Shown here: in pieces, positions 28,604-34,305 of the stretch | Layout: each line of letters begins with the position of its first letter | How positions within the stretch are numbered: the stretch's first letter is position 1 | Source: Thermoplasmatota archaeon | Lineage (GTDB): Archaea > Thermoplasmatota > E2 > DHVEG-1 | Assembly (NCBI GenBank): GCA_046498165.1 | Contig: JAWOBC010000004.1 | Coordinates: 1 to 34,305 of the forward strand | DNA length: 34,305 bases | Direction: 5' to 3' | Translations under genes and position numbers: made by a program | The notes under the pieces: generated by a model | The model's database searches: none | Told to the model about the DNA's origin: nothing | The model's input: only the letters and a program-made list of their open reading frames with translations

Positions 28604-28623
28604 AAAAGTAATTAATATTAGAT

Positions 28624-29073
28624 ATGGTGGATCAATTGGAACAAATAGTTAACCTCCTCAAACAAAATAACCTCAAAATCACCCCACAACGCCTCTTCAT
28701 TCTGAAATACCTCAATACCCATCATACCCATCCAACAGCAGAGGAAATCTATGATCATCTCAAAAAAACAACTCCCTCCCTCTCAAAAACAACCGTTTAT
28801 AACAATCTTGAAACCCTTACTAAAACAGGGATCATATCACAACTCACTATTTGCCCAACAGAACACCGCTATGATATCAACACCGAGATGCATCATCATT
28901 TCATCTGTAAAAACTGTGGAACGGTCTATGATATCCATTTTCAATGCCCAAATGTAGAAAAAATCAAAAAAAAAGTGACGAACAAAGGCCATCATATTGA
29001 TGAAGTACACGGCTACTTCAAAGGAATCTGCAAAGACTGCCTAAGCAAACAAGGGGGAAAACAAAACGAATAA
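28624..29073 (+). CDS. perR: Fur-family metalloregulator, PerR-like
   Basis: Winged-helix N-terminus ([12 protein letters not shown]), [11 protein letters not shown], regulatory-site [10 protein letters not shown], and a second CxxC in GICKDCL. 149 aa. Confidence 0.85.
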   Translation: MVDQLEQIVNLLKQNNLKITPQRLFILKYLNTHHTHPTAEEIYDHLKKTTPSLSKTTVYNNLETLTKTGIISQLTICPTEHRYDINTEMHHHFICKNCGTVYDIHFQCPNVEKIKKKVTNKGHHIDEVHGYFKGICKDCLSKQGGKQNE

Positions 29074-29161
29074 AAAGGCATTACAAAAAATATCATATGG
29101 CTTATACATCATCTGCTCCCAACATAACAACAAAGCAAATGGACAAATCGCCAATGCCATT

Positions 29162-29764
29162 ATGCAAATCACCGCAGATCCACCAATACTTGCTACAAGC
29201 ATAAACAAGGAAAACTACACCCATGAAATTATATCAAAGAGCAACAAATTTACTATCTCAATCCTTGATAAAGAAACACCAATGAGCCTTATTGGCACCT
29301 TTGGCTTTAAATGCGGTAGAACAACAAATAAAATGGAACATGTCACCTGCATTCAAAACAAAAGTATGATTCCTATCATCACCGATCACACCATTTCCTA
29401 CATCGAAGTAACATTAATAAATAAAGTAGATGTTGGCACTCACACAATATTCATCGGGGAGGTAAGAAATGCTGAACTCTTAACAGATGCAGAACCAATG
29501 ACCTATGAATATTATCATACTGTGAAGGGTGGATTATCACCAAAAAATGCACCAACCTATCAAGGTGCACCATCAGAAAAAGAAAAAAATATGGAGGAAA
29601 AAACAATGGATAAATATGTATGCACTGTCTGTGGCTATATTTACGACCCAGAACAAGGAGACCCAGATAATGATGTTAAACCAGGAACACCGTTTGACCA
29701 GGTTCCAGATGATTGGGTCTGCCCTGTATGTGGAGCCGGAAAAGACGCTTTTGAAAAACAATAA
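29162..29764 (+). CDS. Flavin reductase-like domain fused to rubredoxin (high-molecular-weight rubredoxin, Hrb-like)
   Basis: C-terminal rubredoxin motifs [12 protein letters not shown] and [16 protein letters not shown]-binding split-barrel domain precedes them. The coordinates are the ORF-track ATG. The conserved reading frame clearly continues upstream to about 29066 without a canonical start (see findings). Confidence 0.8.
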   Translation: MQITADPPILATSINKENYTHEIISKSNKFTISILDKETPMSLIGTFGFKCGRTTNKMEHVTCIQNKSMIPIITDHTISYIEVTLINKVDVGTHTIFIGEVRNAELLTDAEPMTYEYYHTVKGGLSPKNAPTYQGAPSEKEKNMEEKTMDKYVCTVCGYIYDPEQGDPDNDVKPGTPFDQVPDDWVCPVCGAGKDAFEKQ

Positions 29765-29782
29765 ACAAGGAAGGAACATCAA

Positions 29783-30964
29783 ATGAAAGCAGTTGAAATC
29801 AAACCAAATGTCTACTGGGTTGGTGGGATAGACTGGAATCTACGGAATTTCCATGGCTACATCACCCCACGTGGCTCAACCTATAATGCATACCTCATCA
29901 TTGATGAAAAAATTACGCTCATTGATACAGTAAAACACTATCTAATCGATGAACTAAAAGAACGTATCTCATCAGTAGTTGATTTAAAAGACATCGATAT
30001 CGTTGTTTCCAATCATGTGGAAATGGATCACTCAGGAAGCCTGCCGAAAATCATGGACATGATGCCAGATGCTACCTTAGTAACCTCAAAAAATGGAGAA
30101 CGAGGTCTAAAGAAACATTACCACAAAAACTGGAACTTTCATGTCGTAGATGGTGAAGAACCACTTTCCATCGGCAAAAGAACCCTTGATTTTGTATCTA
30201 TTCCCATGGTTCATTGGCCAGATTCCATGGTCACCTATAGCAAAACCGATAAGATTTTGTTTCCCAATGATGCCTTTGGTCAACATATAGCCAGCAGCCA
30301 ACGATTCGATGATCAACTCGACTGGGGAATACTCAAAGAAGAAGCAGCAACATACTATGCAAATATCGTATTGCCTTACAATAGTCAGGTGCAAAAAGCT
30401 TTACAGGCACTCTCTTCACTAGATTTTGATTTGATTGCTCCCAGCCATGGTATCATCTGGAAAAAACATGTCAAGGATATCATCAATCTCTATCAAACCT
30501 GGTCAACAAATCAAACAAAACCAACTGCGATCATCCTTTATGATACCATGTGGGGATCAACAGAGAAAATGGCGTATGCACTTCTCTCAGGTCTAGAAGA
30601 GCAAGGTATCAATGTCCGGTTACGACATGTACAAAAAACACCTAATTCAGAAATCGTCACTGATATCCTTGAAGCTGAACTCATCTGTATTGGATCACCC
30701 ACCCTAAACAACAACATGCTTCCCAGCATTAGTGGTTTTCTAACGTATTTAAAAGGACTACGGCCACAAAAACGAACTGGTTTTGTGTTTGGATCCTATG
30801 GATGGGGTGGTCAAGCAATTAAACTTATCGAAAACACGCTCGATGGCTTATCATGGGATTTTCCTGAAAAAAGCCTGAATATTAACTATATCCCCCAAGA
30901 AAAAGACCTGGGGGATATCAAAAACATTGGAAAAAAACTAGCAAAAAAAATCAAAAAAGAGTAA
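29783..30964 (+). CDS. fprA: Flavodiiron protein (FprA / rubredoxin:oxygen oxidoreductase type)
   Basis: Metallo-beta-lactamase-like diiron motif SNHVEMDHSGSLP and C-terminal flavodoxin domain ILYDTMWGSTEKMA. 393 aa. Confidence 0.9.
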   Translation: MKAVEIKPNVYWVGGIDWNLRNFHGYITPRGSTYNAYLIIDEKITLIDTVKHYLIDELKERISSVVDLKDIDIVVSNHVEMDHSGSLPKIMDMMPDATLVTSKNGERGLKKHYHKNWNFHVVDGEEPLSIGKRTLDFVSIPMVHWPDSMVTYSKTDKILFPNDAFGQHIASSQRFDDQLDWGILKEEAATYYANIVLPYNSQVQKALQALSSLDFDLIAPSHGIIWKKHVKDIINLYQTWSTNQTKPTAIILYDTMWGSTEKMAYALLSGLEEQGINVRLRHVQKTPNSEIVTDILEAELICIGSPTLNNNMLPSISGFLTYLKGLRPQKRTGFVFGSYGWGGQAIKLIENTLDGLSWDFPEKSLNINYIPQEKDLGDIKNIGKKLAKKIKKE

Positions 30965-30991
30965 CATAAAAAAAATTGGAGGAAAAAAACA

Positions 30992-31639
30992 ATGGATGAA
31001 GAAACAAAAATGCCCCTGATAGGGGATAAATTCCCAACATTAAAAGTACAAACCACAGAAGGAACAATGAAATTACCTGATGATTTCAAAGGGAAATGGT
31101 TTATTCTCTTCAGTCATCCAGCTGATTTCACACCGGTATGTACCACTGAATTCTATGCGTTTCAAAAACGCTACCCTGCATTTAAAAAGCTCAATACTGA
31201 ACTCATTGGTCTCAGCGTAGATCAAGTCTTCAGTCATATCAAATGGGAGGAATGGATCAAAGACAACCTTGATCTAGAAATCCAATTTCCCATTATCGCT
31301 GATACCGGTGGAGTAGCAAACAAACTTGGTCTTATCCATCCAAACAAAGGAACCAACACCGTTCGCGCAGTCTTTATCATGGATCCAAAAGGAATCATCC
31401 GAGCAATTCTCTATTATCCACAAGAACTCGGTAGAAACATGGATGAATTTCTGCGGATGATCAAAGGATTTCAAACATCCGAAAAAGAAGGTGTTGCCAT
31501 TCCAGCAAACTGGCCAAACAATGAACTCATCAAAGATCGCGTCATCATTCCACCTGCAACAGATACCAAAACAGCAGAAAAACGCAAAAAAGAATATGAA
31601 TGCTACGACTGGTGGTTCTGCCATAAACCAGTTAAATAA
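30992..31639 (+). CDS. Peroxiredoxin (Prx6/archaeal 1-Cys-like thiol peroxidase)
   Basis: Peroxidatic Cys motif [15 protein letters not shown] and a C-terminal CYDWWFC pair as in archaeal Prx. GGAGG SD. Confidence 0.9.
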   Translation: MDEETKMPLIGDKFPTLKVQTTEGTMKLPDDFKGKWFILFSHPADFTPVCTTEFYAFQKRYPAFKKLNTELIGLSVDQVFSHIKWEEWIKDNLDLEIQFPIIADTGGVANKLGLIHPNKGTNTVRAVFIMDPKGIIRAILYYPQELGRNMDEFLRMIKGFQTSEKEGVAIPANWPNNELIKDRVIIPPATDTKTAEKRKKEYECYDWWFCHKPVK

Positions 31640-31675
31640 AAAAATAACCCGATAAAAATGAGGTGAAAAGATAAT

Positions 31676-32206
31676 ATGATGAAAAAATCAATGGAAAAAG
31701 CAATCAACAAACAAATCAACGCTGAACTCTGGTCAGCCTATCTGTATCTTTCCATGGCCTCCTATTTTGACTCAAAGAGCCTGAGTGGTTTTTCAAATTG
31801 GATGCAGGCACAAGCTCAAGAAGAAATCAATCATGCCATGCGATTCTACAACCATGTAGTAGAACGTGGTGGACAGGTAAAACTCTCTGCCATCGATGAA
31901 GTACCCACCAAATGGGATTCACCGCTTCACGTCTTTGAAGAAACCTACAAACATGAACAAAAAGTAACAGGCTTAATCGAAAATCTTGCTGATGTTGCGG
32001 AAAAAGAAAAAGACCGAGCAAGTATGAACATGCTGCAATGGTTTATCGATGAACAAGTCGAAGAAGAAGACTCCGCTGATGAAATCGTGCAAAAACTCAA
32101 ACTCATCGGGGACAACGGCAACGGTCTTTTTATGCTAGACCGAGAACTTGGTCAACGTCAATACAACGGTGATATCACTGCACAACAAACAGAGGAAGGA
32201 GCATAA
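31676..32206 (+). CDS. ftn: Ferritin (non-haem, FtnA-like)
   Basis: Ferroxidase-centre blocks ELWSAYLYLSMASYF, QEEINHAMRFY, HEQKVT and WFIDEQVEEE. 176 aa. Confidence 0.9.
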   Translation: MMKKSMEKAINKQINAELWSAYLYLSMASYFDSKSLSGFSNWMQAQAQEEINHAMRFYNHVVERGGQVKLSAIDEVPTKWDSPLHVFEETYKHEQKVTGLIENLADVAEKEKDRASMNMLQWFIDEQVEEEDSADEIVQKLKLIGDNGNGLFMLDRELGQRQYNGDITAQQTEEGA

Positions 32207-32233
32207 AAAAAGGTAGCTAAAGAGGAATCAATC

Positions 32234-32635
32234 ATGATCGGATCACTTAATAAACAACTCACAGAAGCTGTGTTAGAAACCATGCCCCTGCAGATATCAG
32301 TTCTTGACAAAGACGATAAGGTACTTGCTTGGAACAAACATCATACCCGGGTTTTCAAACGACCAGAAAACGTGGCCGGAAAAGATGTACGAAACTGTCA
32401 TCCACAAAAAAGCCTGGCAAAAGTAGAACAAATCATTACGGAAATGAAACAAGGCGAAAGAGAAACCGCTCAATTCTTTATCGATATGAAACTCGATGAT
32501 AAAAAAAACCATAAAATACTAATCGAATACTATGCCCTTCGTGATGAAAACGGTGCCTATTTGGGTTGCCTGGAAGCAAGTCAGGATATCACACAGATCC
32601 AATCAATAAGTGGGGAAAAACGATTACTTGATTAA
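32234..32635 (+). CDS. Stand-alone PAS_10-type domain protein (the domain normally found at the C-terminus of DUF438/hemerythrin proteins)
   Basis: GKDVRNCHPQKSL, YYALRDENGAYLGCLEASQDITQIQ and GEKRLLD match my recollection of the PAS_10 consensus (..NCHPPKS.. ..QDIT..). 133 aa. Confidence 0.6.
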   Translation: MIGSLNKQLTEAVLETMPLQISVLDKDDKVLAWNKHHTRVFKRPENVAGKDVRNCHPQKSLAKVEQIITEMKQGERETAQFFIDMKLDDKKNHKILIEYYALRDENGAYLGCLEASQDITQIQSISGEKRLLD

Positions 32636-32657
32636 AATAGAATAGGGGAAAAAAACA

Positions 32658-33152
32658 ATGGATTTAACAAACTATGATCTAGAAGCATTACTGCTGGCCG
32701 CAATCAAAAGCGAAGAAGAAAGCAACACCGTCTATACAAAACTAGCGCAGCATGTTAAAAATGGACTGATGAAAGATAAATTTCAGTTTCTTGCCTCTGA
32801 AGAACTCAAACACAAACAATACATCACTGATCTTTATTATGCCGAATACCCAGATAAAACCTTGAAACTACCTACGAAAAGCCCGGTGCCACTCCCAGAA
32901 GTAACCATTCCAGAAGATGAACACATCCCGATTAGTGAAGTTCTCAGCCAAGCCATGCAGGCTGAACAAGCCGCTTGTGATTTCTATCTAGGTCTTTCTG
33001 ATCGCTACGAAGATAAAACCATCAAAAACATGCTTCATTATTTTGCGGATATGGAAACTGGGCATTACCATACCTTGAAACAAGAAAAAGAAAGCATGGA
33101 ATGGTTTGAACAATCAGATGTCTACTGGCCCATGATCCATGCTGGGCCCTAA
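32658..33152 (+). CDS. Ferritin-like diiron (erythrin/rubrerythrin-domain-only) protein
   Basis: Two E...ExxH halves: KSEEES...LASEELKH and QAEQAA...FADMETGH. No rubredoxin domain. 164 aa. Confidence 0.65.
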   Translation: MDLTNYDLEALLLAAIKSEEESNTVYTKLAQHVKNGLMKDKFQFLASEELKHKQYITDLYYAEYPDKTLKLPTKSPVPLPEVTIPEDEHIPISEVLSQAMQAEQAACDFYLGLSDRYEDKTIKNMLHYFADMETGHYHTLKQEKESMEWFEQSDVYWPMIHAGP

Positions 33153-33177
33153 AACAAGAAAATGAGGTGAAAAAACG

Positions 33178-33753
33178 ATGGCTGATTTAAAAGGAACACA
33201 AACAGAACAAAACCTATTAAAAGCATTTGCTGGAGAAAGCCAAGCACGCAACCGGTATACCTATTTTGCCAAACAAGCAAAAAAAGAAGGATATGAACAA
33301 ATCGCAGCAATCTTTGAAGAAACCGCAGAAAATGAAAAAGAACACGCAAAAGTCTTTTTCAAACACCTGCAAGGAGGAATGGTAGAAATCACTGCGGACT
33401 ACCCTGCAGGTACCATAGGAACCACTGAGGAAAACCTGCTTGCTGCGGCAGAAGGAGAAAAACTGGAATGGGGCACGCTCTACCCAGATTTTGGACAAAT
33501 CGCTGAAGATGAAGGCTTTCCTGAAATCGCTCAGAGCTTCCGAAACATTGCACAAGTAGAAGCACAACATGAAAAACGCTACCGAACACTACATGCAAAT
33601 GTGAAAGAAAACAAAGTCTTCAAACGAGAGAAAACCATGAAATGGAAATGTCGAAACTGCGGATTCATCTATGAAGGAAACGAACCACCAAACATGTGTC
33701 CTGCCTGTCAACACCCTCAAAGCTATTATGAAATCTTAGCAGAAAACTATTAA
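33178..33753 (+). CDS. rbr: Rubrerythrin
   Basis: Motifs AGESQARNRYTYFA and ENEKEHAKVF, and a C-terminal rubredoxin-like WKCRNCGFIY...MCPACQHP. 191 aa. Confidence 0.9.
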   Translation: MADLKGTQTEQNLLKAFAGESQARNRYTYFAKQAKKEGYEQIAAIFEETAENEKEHAKVFFKHLQGGMVEITADYPAGTIGTTEENLLAAAEGEKLEWGTLYPDFGQIAEDEGFPEIAQSFRNIAQVEAQHEKRYRTLHANVKENKVFKREKTMKWKCRNCGFIYEGNEPPNMCPACQHPQSYYEILAENY

Positions 33754-33775
33754 AAAAATATGGTGAGGAAAAAAA

Positions 33776-34159
33776 ATGACGGAATTAAAAGAAATATATA
33801 AATGCAACATTTGTGGAAACATCATAGAAGTTCTTCATACCGGCGTAGGAGAACTCGTCTGCTGTGGTGAACCTATGCAGAAACAAGAACCACAAACAGA
33901 GGATGCATCAACAGAAAAACATGTGCCCTACATTGAACACACCGATGAAGGAATCCTTGTTAAAATCGGACAAAACCAGGATCATCCTATGGAAGAAAAA
34001 CACTACATTGAATGGATTCAGCTTATCGCTGATGGAAAAATCTATCGACAATTTCTCAAACCTGATGATAAACCACAGGCACTTTTCTGCATCACCGCAG
34101 AAAACGTTGAAGCTCGGGAATACTGCAATGTGCATGGCCTCTGGCAGAATAAAAACTAA
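33776..34159 (+). CDS. dfx: Desulfoferrodoxin (2Fe superoxide reductase)
   Basis: N-terminal desulforedoxin motifs [10 protein letters not shown] and LVCCGEPM. Centre II ligand motifs [19 protein letters not shown] and YCNVHGLW. 127 aa. Confidence 0.9.
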   Translation: MTELKEIYKCNICGNIIEVLHTGVGELVCCGEPMQKQEPQTEDASTEKHVPYIEHTDEGILVKIGQNQDHPMEEKHYIEWIQLIADGKIYRQFLKPDDKPQALFCITAENVEAREYCNVHGLWQNKN

Positions 34160-34165
34160 AAAATA

Positions 34166-34187
34166 CTCTTTTTCTCTTTCTTTTTTT
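34166..34187 (+). terminator. Pyrimidine/oligo-T tract after dfx (archaeal-type terminator candidate)
   Basis: ctctttttctctttcttttttt begins 7 nt after the dfx stop. It is the first non-SD intergenic element since the perR promoter. Confidence 0.35.
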
Positions 34188-34198
34188 GAGGAAAAATA

Positions 34199-34305
34199 AT
34201 GACAAACCAAGATCAAGATATCTCCCTGGTCATTGCTGGTGAAGCAGGACAAGGAATACAAACCATAGGAAATCTACTTACTAAACTCTTTCATCAACGT
34301 AAGTA
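34199..34305 (+). CDS. 5' fragment of a 2-oxoacid:ferredoxin oxidoreductase gamma-domain-like protein (runs off the window)
   Basis: MTNQDQDISLVIAGEAGQGIQTIGNLL resembles the G-x-G-G-Q-G N-terminus of the gamma subunit/domain of pyruvate or 2-oxoglutarate:Fd oxidoreductases. Only 35 codons are visible. Confidence 0.4.
   Translation, partial: MTNQDQDISLVIAGEAGQGIQTIGNLLTKLFHQRK

Noticed and set aside
1-34305. Screen for CRISPR arrays, transposases/IS ends, integrases, tRNA/rRNA genes, toxin-antitoxin or defence genes, and long direct or inverted repeats.
   Set aside because: None were seen. Every ORF of at least 130 aa is assigned to a metabolic or stress-response family except 14204-14731. 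The intergenic regions are too short or AT-rich to hold structured RNA genes that I could recognise by eye.

Overview
AT-rich, densely coding window with about 38 protein genes. I found no RNA genes, CRISPR arrays or mobile elements. It reads as a short/branched-chain acyl-CoA catabolic island from an anaerobe, followed by an oxidative-stress operon. The organism is probably archaeal: the B12 mutase is split, the carboxylase has three subunits, oligo-T tracts follow operons, and GGAGG/GGTGA Shine-Dalgarno sites are common. That assignment is inference only.

Gene order:
(i) + strand acyl-CoA dehydrogenase, AMP-forming acyl-CoA synthetase, thiolase, 3-hydroxyacyl-CoA dehydrogenase and crotonase (127-5912).
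(ii) - strand operon of CobO-type adenosyltransferase, B12 acyl-CoA mutase large and small subunits, and MeaB G-protein (5933-9510).
(iii) + strand second acyl-CoA dehydrogenase/synthetase pair, translationally coupled to etfBA (9621-14135).
(iv) An uncharacterised Cys-containing 175-aa protein (14204-14731).
(v) hdrCBA-mvhDGA, hydrogenase protease and a polytopic membrane protein (15023-23077).
(vi) - strand crotonase-fold protein, LiuC-type hydratase, biotin carboxylase, BCCP and MCC-type carboxyltransferase (23154-28457).
(vii) + strand PerR-like regulator plus nine tightly packed O2/ROS detoxification genes (28624-34159).
(viii) The 5' end of a 2-oxoacid:ferredoxin oxidoreductase-like gene.

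Most interesting observations:
- The ETF operon sits next to a complete HdrABC/MvhADG locus inside the beta-oxidation island. This could be a soluble route from acyl-CoA to H2.
- The mutase carries the Phe89/Gln207 signature of isobutyryl-CoA mutase, not the Tyr/Arg signature of methylmalonyl-CoA mutase.
- A perfect 7-1-7 PerR-type palindrome lies just upstream of the regulator gene.
- The flavin-reductase/rubredoxin gene has a conserved N-terminus with no canonical start codon.
- A stand-alone PAS_10-type sensor domain sits inside the ROS operon.

All functional calls come from motif recognition by eye. No database search was possible. Several ORF-track starts were moved to conserved N-termini with SD support.
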